Notes under the pieces: model-generated
Database searches by the model: none
What the model saw: the letters and a program-made list of their open reading frames with translations, nothing else
Told to the model about the DNA's origin: nothing
Assembly (NCBI GenBank): GCA_964631805.1
Contig: CAZWAE010000002.1
Span: forward strand, 2,528-59,000
Direction: 5' to 3'
DNA: 56,473 nt
Origin: an uncultured Desulfobacteraceae bacterium
GTDB lineage: Bacteria; Desulfobacterota; Desulfobacteria; Desulfobacterales; CAZWAE01
Part shown: positions 46,586-56,124 of the stretch, in pieces
How positions within the stretch are numbered: the first letter of the stretch is position 1
Layout of the letters: every line of letters begins with the position of its first letter
Program-made: the position numbers and the translations under genes

Positions 46586-47905
46586 TTGAACCAGCTCACG
46601 TATGCAAACATCAATGACAACGTCGTCAGCTCCATGGAGCCGCCCGGGAAATCCTGGATGGTGAGTATGGTCCTGTTTGTCGGAGCCCTCAGTATGGGCG
46701 CCTTCGCCTGGGCCGTACAGCTCAGGCACGGCCTGGAATGGAGCGGTGTGAACCATCCCATCGCCTGGGGGGTTTATATCACCAATTTCGTTTTCTGGAT
46801 CGGAATCGGTCATGCAGGCACACTGATCTCAGCGGTGCTTTATCTGGTAAGAGCGCCCTTCCGTAATTCCATATATCGGGCGTCCGAAGCCATGACGGTT
46901 TTTGCGGTGATGACCGCCGGTTTGTTTCCCATCATCCATCTGGGCCGCACCTGGTTTTTTTACTGGATGCTGCCCTACCCCAACCAGCGCGAGCTGTGGA
47001 TAAATTTTAAATCCCCCCTGCTCTGGGATGTTTTCGCCATCTCGACCTATGTTTCCGTCTCCATGGCTTTTTTTGTACTGGGACTGATTCCCGATTTGGC
47101 GGCCGTGCGGGATGAATCCAAGGGTGTGAAACGCCTGCTTTACGGCATTCCGGCTTTCCTTTTCAGGGGAACCAATCACCAGTGGCTTCACTACATGCGG
47201 GGGTATCTGCTCTTTGCCGCCATCGCGACCCCGCTGGTTTTCTCCGTGCACTCCATCGTATCCTGGGATTTCGCCATGTCCAGTCTGCCAGGCTGGCATT
47301 CAACCATCTTTGCCCCCTATTTTGTGGCCGGGGCCATCTTTTCAGGCTGCGGGATGGTGTTGACGATAATGATTCCATTGCGTGTGGCCTTTCCCGGTTT
47401 TAAAGAGATTATCAAGGTTAAGGATCTGGAAGGCATGGCCAAGATGATCATCTTCACCAGTTTGATTGTCACCTATGCTTACGCCGTCGAATTTTTCATC
47501 GCCTACTACAGCGGTGCGAAATATGAAAGAGCGCTCTTCTGGTTTCGCCCCTTCGGAGAGATGAACCCCTATTTCTGGCTGATGGTGGCCTGCAACTGCA
47601 TTGTACCGCTGACGCTTTTTTTTAAAAAAATCCGAACCAATATCCCCGCCCTGTTCGTTATCTCGCTACTGGTAAACGTCGGCATGTGGCTGGAAAGATT
47701 CGTCATTGTCGGCACCTCCCTGGCCCATGGATATGCTCCGTTTTCCTGGGGGAGCTACCAGTTCGAATGGGTGGAGATCTGGCTCACCGTCGCGAGTTTC
47801 GGCTGGTTTTTCATGTGGTTTTTTATCTTTGTGAAAATCATGCCCTCCATCGCTATTGCTGAAATGAAAGAGAAACTGACACCCCCATTCAGGAAGAAAA
47901 AATGA
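46586..47905 (+). CDS. actC: Alternative Complex III NrfD/PsrC-like quinol-interacting membrane subunit
   Basis: 439-aa polytopic membrane protein. TTG start with a TAGGAGG RBS; position and size fit ActC. Confidence 0.85.
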   Translation: MNQLTYANINDNVVSSMEPPGKSWMVSMVLFVGALSMGAFAWAVQLRHGLEWSGVNHPIAWGVYITNFVFWIGIGHAGTLISAVLYLVRAPFRNSIYRASEAMTVFAVMTAGLFPIIHLGRTWFFYWMLPYPNQRELWINFKSPLLWDVFAISTYVSVSMAFFVLGLIPDLAAVRDESKGVKRLLYGIPAFLFRGTNHQWLHYMRGYLLFAAIATPLVFSVHSIVSWDFAMSSLPGWHSTIFAPYFVAGAIFSGCGMVLTIMIPLRVAFPGFKEIIKVKDLEGMAKMIIFTSLIVTYAYAVEFFIAYYSGAKYERALFWFRPFGEMNPYFWLMVACNCIVPLTLFFKKIRTNIPALFVISLLVNVGMWLERFVIVGTSLAHGYAPFSWGSYQFEWVEIWLTVASFGWFFMWFFIFVKIMPSIAIAEMKEKLTPPFRKKK

Positions 47906-48432
47906 GGAAGAAATTTTTAGGCGCCTGGGCAACCTTCGAGTATCTGGATGACACCTGTGACGCCATTAAAGAATTGAAAACCGAAGGATTCGATCAGATC
48001 ACCACCCACACGCCGTGTCCAAGACACGAAATCGATCATGCCCTGGGGAATCCGCAGAGCAGGGTGCCTTTCGCCACGCTTGCAGGCGCCTTTCTCGGGT
48101 TTGGTACGGCCGTTCTGATGATGACAAAAATGGCCCTCGACTGGATTCTTCCGGTTTCAGGGAAACCCGTTGTGTCCATACCCATAATGGGGCCCATCGC
48201 CTTTGAACTATCCGTTCTTGTGTCCATCTATTTTACCATCGGAGGTATGTTTCTGTTGATCCTGTGGGACACATGGAAGCATCCGGTTCCCAAAAGCCGC
48301 AGATACAAAGAGTACGACAGATTTATGCGCGACCGCTTTGGTATCGTGGTGGCCGGCGAAAACGACGACCTTGAAAAGCTGGAAAAAATTTTAAAAAAGC
48401 ACCAGGCGGAGGAGGTCAACCTTGAGAGTTAG
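47902..48432 (+). CDS. actD: Alternative Complex III subunit D (DUF3341-like)
   Basis: 176 aa with a soluble N-terminal domain (LGAWATFEYLDDTCDAIKELK) and two TM segments. ATGA overlap with actC. Confidence 0.75.
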   Translation: MRKKFLGAWATFEYLDDTCDAIKELKTEGFDQITTHTPCPRHEIDHALGNPQSRVPFATLAGAFLGFGTAVLMMTKMALDWILPVSGKPVVSIPIMGPIAFELSVLVSIYFTIGGMFLLILWDTWKHPVPKSRRYKEYDRFMRDRFGIVVAGENDDLEKLEKILKKHQAEEVNLES

Positions 48433-48979
48433 AACCCTTTTGTTTGCCGGTATTTTATTGTCCGTCCTATTGGTTTCGGCCAATCTCATGGCCAGATCGT
48501 CCGTGCTCACCGTGATGACGGACATGTTTAACCAGGTCAGCATCAAACCGCAGGAAAAGGGGAGTATGAATGCGTTTGTCGTCGGTGCCGTCACCTTTGA
48601 CGGCAGCGAGATCGAAGACCCGAACGATCGGTTCAGCCGGATCATAAAGGATGTTGTCTCCAAGACCGCCACAATCAACCCCAATAAACCGGATGCGCCG
48701 TCTCTTACCGACGGGAAACGGAAATTCAACACTTTTTGCGCGGTGTGTCACGGATCCAGCCGGGAGATCAATGCAGAGGGTTTCGCCAAGACCAAGGTCA
48801 ATGAACTGGGTATGATTGCGCCGGCCGTTATCACGCTGACGCCCCATTTCAGTGACGGCTATATTTATCATAAGGCCAAGTACGGGGGACCGGTGATGCC
48901 TGCGCTTGGATATGCCGTGGCCGCAGACGAGAGATGGAATATTGTCAACTACATTCGTGAACTGGAGAAGCAGGAATGA
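48422..48979 (+). CDS. actE: Alternative Complex III monohaem cytochrome c subunit
   Basis: Signal/anchor sequence, a single CAVCHG motif and a later Met-containing GGPVMPALG. Confidence 0.8.
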   Translation: MRVRTLLFAGILLSVLLVSANLMARSSVLTVMTDMFNQVSIKPQEKGSMNAFVVGAVTFDGSEIEDPNDRFSRIIKDVVSKTATINPNKPDAPSLTDGKRKFNTFCAVCHGSSREINAEGFAKTKVNELGMIAPAVITLTPHFSDGYIYHKAKYGGPVMPALGYAVAADERWNIVNYIRELEKQE

Positions 48980-50280
48980 GCAGGGACAGCGAAATAAAAA
49001 TCCTTCTGGATGAAACCCGTTTTACCCTCAGCGGCGGGCTGCAAAAGCTTCTGCTGTGTTTTGTCGGAATCGGCGTTATCGGCTTTGGTGCCGGACTCAT
49101 CGGCAGCAGCTCATATCTGGCCTGGCAGGCGCTGCTTGTCAACACCATGTTTTTCGGCGGCATCGCCCTGGGCGGTCTGGGTTTTTCCCTGATATTCACC
49201 ATCACCAATGCAAAATGGGGAAGGCCGATCAAGCGTCTCACAGAGGCGTTTGGGGCATTTGTGCCCATCGGTGCGGCTCTCCTCTGCCTGCTTTTTTTCG
49301 GCGCCGACCATTTCTTTGAATGGATGGATCATGACAAAGTGATGCATGCCAAGGCAGGGTGGTTGAATTTTCCATTTTTTATCATCCGGAATGTGGTTTT
49401 CCTGGGACTGTTTGTTGCCGGCGGCAGCTACTATCTGAAAACCGTGATCAGACCGGATATCGGATTGGCCGGGAAGGTCAGCGGCTTCGGTAATCCTTTT
49501 GCCGACCGGTTCGTTGGCAATTACGGTGCCCAAAAGGAGGAGGAGGCCGTAGCGGAAAAAAGGGCGAAAACGCTTGCACCGCTGTTGGCACTGCTTTTTT
49601 TCCTCCTCAGCACTCTTTTGGCATTCGACTGGATGATGTCCATCGATCAGGAGTGGTTCAGCACCATGTTCGGTGTGCAATATGCCATTTCAAACCTGAT
49701 CGGCGCAGCAGCCGTCCTTTTGATCGTTGCCGGAATTGCCCGGAACCATTTTGGTTTGGCCGAGTATATCACCATCGACCGCTATCACGATCTGGCCAAG
49801 CTGACGTTTGCCTTCTGCGCCCTGTGGACCTATCTGGTTTTTTCTCAGGTTCTGGTCATCTGGTACAGCAACATTCCCGAGGAGACCCCTTACCTGATCC
49901 TCAGGATGCAGTCCGTGGAATGGGGCTGGATGTTCTGGTTTATCTTGGTCCTCATGTTTATCATTCCCTTTTTCGGGTTGATGAGCCGGACCGCGTGCAA
50001 TTCCATCTGGTTTTCGAGGCTGGTTGCCGTGGATGTCCTGGTCGGGACCTGGCTGGAAAAATATTTCCTGATTGTACCTTCCATCCAGGAGAACAATGCA
50101 AGTGCGGGTTTAATTGATGCAAGCGGCGGGCTTCCGGGTTTTTCCCCGAACTTTTATGATCTATCGATTACCCTTGGCGTATCGGGTGTTTTTTTGTTGA
50201 GCTATTTCTGGTTTCTGCAACGGGTGCCGGCGGTCCCGATTTCGGATCCTCTTTTTTTCAGAAAATCGACCGACCATTAG
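48976..50280 (+). CDS. actF: Alternative Complex III second NrfD-like membrane subunit
   Basis: 434-aa polytopic membrane protein; ATGA overlap with actE. Confidence 0.8.
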   Translation: MSRDSEIKILLDETRFTLSGGLQKLLLCFVGIGVIGFGAGLIGSSSYLAWQALLVNTMFFGGIALGGLGFSLIFTITNAKWGRPIKRLTEAFGAFVPIGAALLCLLFFGADHFFEWMDHDKVMHAKAGWLNFPFFIIRNVVFLGLFVAGGSYYLKTVIRPDIGLAGKVSGFGNPFADRFVGNYGAQKEEEAVAEKRAKTLAPLLALLFFLLSTLLAFDWMMSIDQEWFSTMFGVQYAISNLIGAAAVLLIVAGIARNHFGLAEYITIDRYHDLAKLTFAFCALWTYLVFSQVLVIWYSNIPEETPYLILRMQSVEWGWMFWFILVLMFIIPFFGLMSRTACNSIWFSRLVAVDVLVGTWLEKYFLIVPSIQENNASAGLIDASGGLPGFSPNFYDLSITLGVSGVFLLSYFWFLQRVPAVPISDPLFFRKSTDH

Positions 50281-50303
50281 TGTGGAACGGGTAAGGAGGC
50301 AAT

Positions 50304-50486
50304 ATGGATCTATTAAACATCATTTTCCCCCAGGGGTTTCAACTATTCACTTTGATCGCCTGGACGGTCTGCGGCCTGCTTTTCGGACTTCAGTCGTTTT
50401 TCGGGATAGCGTTGACATTTTCTCTGTTGGGTCACCTGGTCCAGTTTGTTTTTAAAAAAACGTCGCTGCACGTTGATCGTACATAG
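50304..50486 (+). CDS. Small hydrophobic protein (two predicted TM segments), possibly an ActG-like accessory subunit
   Basis: 60 aa. FTLIAWTVCGLLFGL and FFGIALTFSLLGHLVQFVF. AAGGAGG RBS, 23 nt after actF. Confidence 0.4.
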   Translation: MDLLNIIFPQGFQLFTLIAWTVCGLLFGLQSFFGIALTFSLLGHLVQFVFKKTSLHVDRT

Positions 50487-50564
50487 ATTCGGGATTTTCG
50501 GGTTCAAAAATGGCCGAAATTCATGTGGGATGTTTTTAGGCCGAGCTCATAGTGGTTGCCTGAT

Positions 50565-50580
50565 GGTTTAAAGTTAAACC
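50565..50580. promoter_or_regulatory. Palindrome upstream of nosZ, possible operator
   Basis: GGTTTAA-ag-TTAAACC lies 57-72 nt upstream of the nosZ ATG. Confidence 0.25.
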
Positions 50581-50636
50581 AATGGATAACGGGGGCATCT
50601 TCGTTAATTTTATTACATAGGGAAAAGGAGGATCAG

Positions 50637-52571
50637 ATGGTGAACAAATTGAAAAGTTCGTTTCAGCTTGTTTTAATCGGCATGATCGTTCTGGGATTAT
50701 GTGCAACGGCAGGTGCGCAATCCCTGGAACAGGTCATGAAGGAGAGAGGGCTTTCCCAGACAGATATTCTGGCCGCAGCCAAAACGTACACACCCACCGG
50801 GAAACTGGATGAGTATGTGGTCTTCTCTTCGGGGGGACAATCCGGACAGGTCATTGTTTACGGCGTGCCCTCCATGAGAATTCTGAAATACATAGCCGTT
50901 TTCACACCGGAGCCGTGGCAGGGATATGGCTATGGTGATGTCGACAGTATGGCAATTCTCGACCAGGGCCGCATCCGTGGCCGGAAGATTACCTGGGGCG
51001 ATACCCATCACCCGGCAATATCTGAAACCGCCGGGGAATACGACGGCCAATATCTGTTTATCAATGATAAGGCCAACCCGCGTGTGGCGGTAATCGATCT
51101 CAAGACCTTCAGTACGGTTCAAATCGTGCCCAATCCGATTATGAAGTCGGAACATGGTGCGGCATTTGTAACACCCGATACGGAGTATGTTCTGGAGGCT
51201 TCCCAATATCCCGCACCATTTACCAATGACTATGTGCCGCTGGAAGAGTTCAACGAGAAATACCGCGGCGCCATGTCCTTCTGGAAATTTAACCGGAAAA
51301 AGGGAAAGATCATCACCGAGAACTCATTCTCCGTGGAATTGCCCCCTTACGCCCAGGACCTGTCGGATGCCGGTAAAAAGATCAGTGCCGGGTGGGTCTT
51401 CACCAATTCATTTAATTCGGAACGATATATCGGGGGGTTTGGACCCGGCAACACCAAGTTCAGGGACCGATTGCCAAATGAAGCGGGAATGTCGGCAAAA
51501 GACACCGACTACCTGCACATGATCCATTTGGATACCGCCAAAAAGCTTTTCAAAGAGGGAAAATTCACCAAGATCAACGGGCATGCCGTGATCTCGATGA
51601 AGACCATGGTGGAAAACAATGCCCTGTTCCTGATTCCGGAACCCAAGAGTCCCCATGGCGTGATGATCGATCCTACCGGGCAGTACCTGACGGTTTCCGG
51701 AAAACTGGATACCCATGTATCCGTATATGACTTCAAGAAGATGAAAAAGCTCATCGACAGCAAGACCTATGAAGGCAGGGACCCCTACAACATTCCTATT
51801 CTCAGCATGACAGATTCGCTGCACGGCCAGGTGGAATTAGGCCTGGGACCGCTGCATACCCAGTATGACAAGGAAAAGGGAATCGCCTACACCTCCCTGT
51901 TTGTGGATTCAGCCATCGCCAGGTGGGATTTTTTGAAGCTGAAGCTCATCGAAAAGGTGCCGATCCATTACAATGTGGGGCATCTGGTCTCGGCTGAAGG
52001 CGATACCGTTTCACCCGATGGTAAATACCTGGTAGCATTAAACAAACTGGCCATCGATCGATTTGTGCAGGTCGGTCCGCTGCATCCCCAGAACCATCAA
52101 TTGATCGATATTTCTGCTGGTAAACCGATGCAGGTGCTTTATGATATGCCGCTTCCCTTGGGAGAACCCCATTATGCAGTCATGATAAAGGCTGACAAGC
52201 TGAAAACCCTTAAACGCTTCAAGCAGAAATGGTTCAAAAATCGGGTGAAACCCGGCAGGGAAAGGGTGGTCCGGGACGGCAACAAGGTCTCGATTCATTC
52301 AACCATTATCAGGAGCCATTACAGTCCGGAAGTGATCGAGGTAAAGGTCGGCGATGAGATCACCTGGCACGTGACCAACCTGGAGAGAGCCCAGGATGAG
52401 ACCCACGGGTTTACCATCGACAACTACAACGTGAACGGCAGTCTGGAGCCCGGAGAAACCAATACCTTTAAATTTACGGCGGATAAAGAAGGGGTTTTCC
52501 CGTTCTATTGTACTGAATTTTGTTCCGCCCTGCATTTGGAAATGACGGGATACTTTCTGGTCAAACCGTAA
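50637..52571 (+). CDS. nosZ: Nitrous-oxide reductase, Sec-dependent (clade II / atypical) type
   Basis: Start ATG 50637 with an AAAGGAGG RBS. The signal peptide MVNKLKSSFQLVLIGMIVLGLCATAGAQS has no twin-arginine. The beta-propeller region carries WGDTHHP, and the C-terminal CuA motif is CTEFCSALHLEM. Confidence 0.9.
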   Translation: MVNKLKSSFQLVLIGMIVLGLCATAGAQSLEQVMKERGLSQTDILAAAKTYTPTGKLDEYVVFSSGGQSGQVIVYGVPSMRILKYIAVFTPEPWQGYGYGDVDSMAILDQGRIRGRKITWGDTHHPAISETAGEYDGQYLFINDKANPRVAVIDLKTFSTVQIVPNPIMKSEHGAAFVTPDTEYVLEASQYPAPFTNDYVPLEEFNEKYRGAMSFWKFNRKKGKIITENSFSVELPPYAQDLSDAGKKISAGWVFTNSFNSERYIGGFGPGNTKFRDRLPNEAGMSAKDTDYLHMIHLDTAKKLFKEGKFTKINGHAVISMKTMVENNALFLIPEPKSPHGVMIDPTGQYLTVSGKLDTHVSVYDFKKMKKLIDSKTYEGRDPYNIPILSMTDSLHGQVELGLGPLHTQYDKEKGIAYTSLFVDSAIARWDFLKLKLIEKVPIHYNVGHLVSAEGDTVSPDGKYLVALNKLAIDRFVQVGPLHPQNHQLIDISAGKPMQVLYDMPLPLGEPHYAVMIKADKLKTLKRFKQKWFKNRVKPGRERVVRDGNKVSIHSTIIRSHYSPEVIEVKVGDEITWHVTNLERAQDETHGFTIDNYNVNGSLEPGETNTFKFTADKEGVFPFYCTEFCSALHLEMTGYFLVKP

Positions 52572-52664
52572 ATCTCCAAATCGTTTTTTTCTTTATACGG
52601 AATTTTTCAAACAATTGATATTTCACGATATATTAAATTCAATCGAGAAAAATGGAGATGACTC

Positions 52665-53174
52665 ATGAAAACGAACATGATGAAACGAATCTCTTTGTTT
52701 GTTACACTGATTGCGTTTCTGTGTCTGGCCGGGAACGTATCCGCCGATGAGCATTATCAACAGAAATACAAAACAAAGGTGAAACAGAACAACGACACCA
52801 TCGGCATTATCGCGGGGGTGATAAACTATGTATGCCCCAAACTGGTCCCCGCTTCCACCAATATCTGCAATGCAAAAGACCCGGTGGGATCCGCGGTGGG
52901 GGTGCAGAAGTATATGGAACAGAACTGGGACAAAGAGGAGGACGATATCGAAGATGCCGAAATGCCGGAGCTGTTGAACAAAAAGGCCGCCTTGCAATTC
53001 TGGGATGCGGTGGAACAGTTCAAGGGGCATTTCCCATGGCGCGAAAAAGCAAAAATGGCCTCTGAGAAAGGCGAATGGCAAGATGCTTTCCTCAACGAGG
53101 AGATGGCATGGCAATATCTGGTCAAATGTGCCAGCCGGGGGATTTTTGCCAAGAAAATAGTGGATGGCCAATAA
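52665..53174 (+). CDS. Secreted protein of unknown function
   Basis: Signal peptide MKRISLFVTLIAFLCLAGNVSA, followed by a charged, Trp-rich mature part. I recognise no family motif. Confidence 0.6.
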   Translation: MKTNMMKRISLFVTLIAFLCLAGNVSADEHYQQKYKTKVKQNNDTIGIIAGVINYVCPKLVPASTNICNAKDPVGSAVGVQKYMEQNWDKEEDDIEDAEMPELLNKKAALQFWDAVEQFKGHFPWREKAKMASEKGEWQDAFLNEEMAWQYLVKCASRGIFAKKIVDGQ

Positions 53175-53351
53175 TTAATCGGTTCAAAGGTCCAGGATTC
53201 TGCGGATTGGTTGTTTTCAAAACCGTGAATCCCGGAACAGAGAGCGGCAGATAGGATTGAATCCGCTGGTTGTGATGAATGCGGTCATTTGTTACAATCA
53301 GCGGAAACCCTGCAAAGGCTCTTTTTAAACGGTATTACAACAGGACACATC

Positions 53352-53948
53352 ATGAAAAAATTTCTTGTTTCCGCGGCAGCGCTTTTTCTACTCGGCGGAT
53401 TATTCCAGACGGCCAACGTTTTCGCGGAAGATCCGGCTCTGTTATTCGAAAAACTGACCTGCCATACCTGCCACGGTCCCCAGGGAAAAGGCATGATACG
53501 CACCGAAACAAAGGAACGGTATTATCTGAGAAAAAAGAAAATGTTCCGGCAGATGGTCAAGGAGGGAATTCCTATTGCCACAGTCAAAGAATTAAGGCCC
53601 CTTTACAAGAAAAGGTTCGATGATAAAGGAAAATTTATCGGGGCCATTGAAGCGCTGATAGGAAAAGACCGGACCGAGAAATACAAAGAGATCATTATTA
53701 AAATTGGCGGAAGGATCTATTACCACAAAGGCGATTTGATCCCGGGATTCGAAGATTATCCCAGGCACGCCGGCAACAAACGGATTTACCTGTATCAACA
53801 GATGAAAGACATACTCGAAGGTAGAAGAACAAACGGCAATTCAGAGGCGATGAGAGGCATAAAGCCTTACATCGAGAGCAATAAGATTACAGATGATGAC
53901 TTTATGGACATTGCCGAATACTTATCCAATGTTAAGGTTGAAGAATGA
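53352..53948 (+). CDS. Monohaem c-type cytochrome with a large insertion
   Basis: Signal MKKFLVSAAALFLLGG and haem motif CHTCHG. The distal part YPRHAGNKRIYLYQQMKD..NSEAMRG..IAEYL is c4-like, but is separated from the haem motif by about 85 aa. Confidence 0.75.
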   Translation: MKKFLVSAAALFLLGGLFQTANVFAEDPALLFEKLTCHTCHGPQGKGMIRTETKERYYLRKKKMFRQMVKEGIPIATVKELRPLYKKRFDDKGKFIGAIEALIGKDRTEKYKEIIIKIGGRIYYHKGDLIPGFEDYPRHAGNKRIYLYQQMKDILEGRRTNGNSEAMRGIKPYIESNKITDDDFMDIAEYLSNVKVEE

Positions 53949-54005
53949 TAGAGATTGAATTCGAAACTGTTTCGGATTTAATTATTTAATAAGGAGGTAA
54001 GATAG

Positions 54006-55133
54006 TTGAAAATCAAAATTATTCCAAAATCCTGCAAAAGTCTGATGACAGCGATTTTAACACTCTCTTTGATTGTTCTCTCAATTTATGCCTTCGCGGA
54101 CGAAAAGCCCATGAGTGCCGAGGAGTTGAGAAAGGCCGCAGCCGAAAAAGCCGCCGCGCTGGTCAAGCCTCCCCCCGGGGGCAAGTGGAAAGCCACCGCA
54201 GCAGAGGCGTTGGAAGCGTTGAAGATTGATGGGGATGTGGAAGAGGGTGAAGAAATTTATACGGTTTGTGCGGCCTGCCACCAACCCACCGGCTGGGGCG
54301 ATCCCCTCGGGGTGTTTCCGCAGCTCGCCGGCCAGCACAAAACGGTCCTGATAAAACAGATCTCCGATATCAGGGCCGGAAACCGTGACAACCCCACCAT
54401 GTATCCCTTTGCCATGCAAATCGAAGGCGCACAGGATATCGCTGACGTCTGCTCCTATATTCAAACGTTGAAAATGAATCCCAATCCCCGGGTTGGCCCG
54501 GGCGGGCCGTCCTGGGTTTTATCCAACCTGCGGAAGGAGGTGTGGCCCATATCCCTGGACAAGATCCAGAAAGATGTAGGAAATGATAATTTCAAAAAAC
54601 TGAAAAGCATTGAAGAAAAGGAATATAAAAGCAAAAAGGCCTTCAAAGAAGCGTTAAAAAATACCATCGGTGCCGGGGAACTGGAAAAACATGAGGCCGT
54701 AATCTCTAAAAACGCGGATTGGGAAACCAACTTGGAACTGGGCAAAGGCCTTTATGAGAAAAACTGTGTTAAGTGCCACCAGGATCATGGCCAGGGCAAC
54801 TGGAAAGAAGAGCCTCCGGTTATCGAGGGTCAAAAAGAAGAGGACAAACCGAAGGTGGAAGCGGCATATTTCCCGGTCCTGGCTGGACAGACCTATCTCT
54901 ATTTGGTCCGGCAGTTCAGCTGGATTCAGATCGGAAAGAGGAGAAATGCCAACCCCGATATGGTGAAACAAATCAAAGAGTTTTCTTTTCTCGATATGAA
55001 GAGCGTTGTGGATTATGCCGGTCGCTTTAAAATGCAGGAAGGGGATTGGCAGGACGTCGGCTTTAAAGATGAAGAGGGGTGGGATCTTGGCGAGGAAGAA
55101 GAGGATGATGATATCCCCGCGCATTTGAAATAA
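54006..55133 (+). CDS. Dihaem c-type cytochrome (c4-like domains with a long linker and acidic tail)
   Basis: CAACHQ..FPQLAGQ..NPTMYPF and CVKCHQ..FPVLAGQTYLYLVRQ..NPDM. TTG start and signal/anchor sequence. Confidence 0.8.
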   Translation: MKIKIIPKSCKSLMTAILTLSLIVLSIYAFADEKPMSAEELRKAAAEKAAALVKPPPGGKWKATAAEALEALKIDGDVEEGEEIYTVCAACHQPTGWGDPLGVFPQLAGQHKTVLIKQISDIRAGNRDNPTMYPFAMQIEGAQDIADVCSYIQTLKMNPNPRVGPGGPSWVLSNLRKEVWPISLDKIQKDVGNDNFKKLKSIEEKEYKSKKAFKEALKNTIGAGELEKHEAVISKNADWETNLELGKGLYEKNCVKCHQDHGQGNWKEEPPVIEGQKEEDKPKVEAAYFPVLAGQTYLYLVRQFSWIQIGKRRNANPDMVKQIKEFSFLDMKSVVDYAGRFKMQEGDWQDVGFKDEEGWDLGEEEEDDDIPAHLK

Positions 55134-55161
55134 AAGCAAACTCAAATTAAGAGGGCTATGG

Positions 55162-55986
55162 ATGAAGGGCAGCATAAAAAAGAGAATAATTCTTAGCAAA
55201 ATCCTGGCAGGATTTGCCATAATCTTGCTTTTGGGAACATACACACTGAAGCCGTTGTTTCAATACCGTGATCCGGTGGCCATGGATGAAGAGGACGAAA
55301 TCGAGGAAAACGAGTCCTTTCAACCGTTTGCATTTTTAATACCGGAAGGCACTGATTTTTACGCACCTCAAAGTAAACATTTGAGGCCTCTCATGGGGGA
55401 TAAGATCTGGGAATATCATCCCACCGGTTTTTATGCGTATCTGATCGGATACAAAACCATGCCGATCTGGAGGGTATCGCTGGAAGCGCCCCAGTATCCA
55501 AAAGCCGCTTTTCCCGACGGGATTCCCATATTTTTCAATTTGACCGATTGGAGCGGCAAGGTAAACGAGATGAATACCATCAACCACTACATCGGTATGA
55601 ATCCCATGGAAGCCGGCGCGGTAACGCTACGCAAACTGGTGCCTTTTGTATACCTCTTGTTTTTCATCATGCTATTTGCCTATCTGTTTTACAATGGTCC
55701 CGGCTGGTGGTTGCTCGGGATTGTTCCCGCTTTTCTCCCCTGGTTCTATCTGGCATTCTTCAGTAAGTGGCTGTACTGGTTCGGACACCATCTACACCCC
55801 TGGGGAGCCTTCAAAATAAAACCCTTTATGCCGACGGTATTTGGTGACGGGAAGGTCGCCCAGTTTACGACCCATTCCTACCCCGCTATTGGCTTTTATG
55901 TTCTACTGGGGGTTTTCATCCTGCTGGTATTGTCTGTATTGATCCGTCGAAAAGCGCTAAAGGATAGGGATGCAACCGATTTATGA
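55162..55986 (+). CDS. Integral membrane protein of the nos cluster (possibly NosB-like; assignment tentative)
   Basis: N-terminal TM, a periplasmic segment of about 110 aa (..NEMNTINHYIGMNP..), then 3-4 TM segments. It lies between the cytochromes and nosD. Confidence 0.55.
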   Translation: MKGSIKKRIILSKILAGFAIILLLGTYTLKPLFQYRDPVAMDEEDEIEENESFQPFAFLIPEGTDFYAPQSKHLRPLMGDKIWEYHPTGFYAYLIGYKTMPIWRVSLEAPQYPKAAFPDGIPIFFNLTDWSGKVNEMNTINHYIGMNPMEAGAVTLRKLVPFVYLLFFIMLFAYLFYNGPGWWLLGIVPAFLPWFYLAFFSKWLYWFGHHLHPWGAFKIKPFMPTVFGDGKVAQFTTHSYPAIGFYVLLGVFILLVLSVLIRRKALKDRDATDL

Positions 55987-56124
55987 TCTCTGGGAAAGCC
56001 GGAGGGTTTGATTTCTCTTAATCATTATCGTCTTCGAAATCCGGCGAATTGTCCACCTCCCAAACGATGGGAACCTCTCGGGCATCGTCCCCGGGGGGGC
56101 CCTGATGATTGAGGCGAAAAGGTT

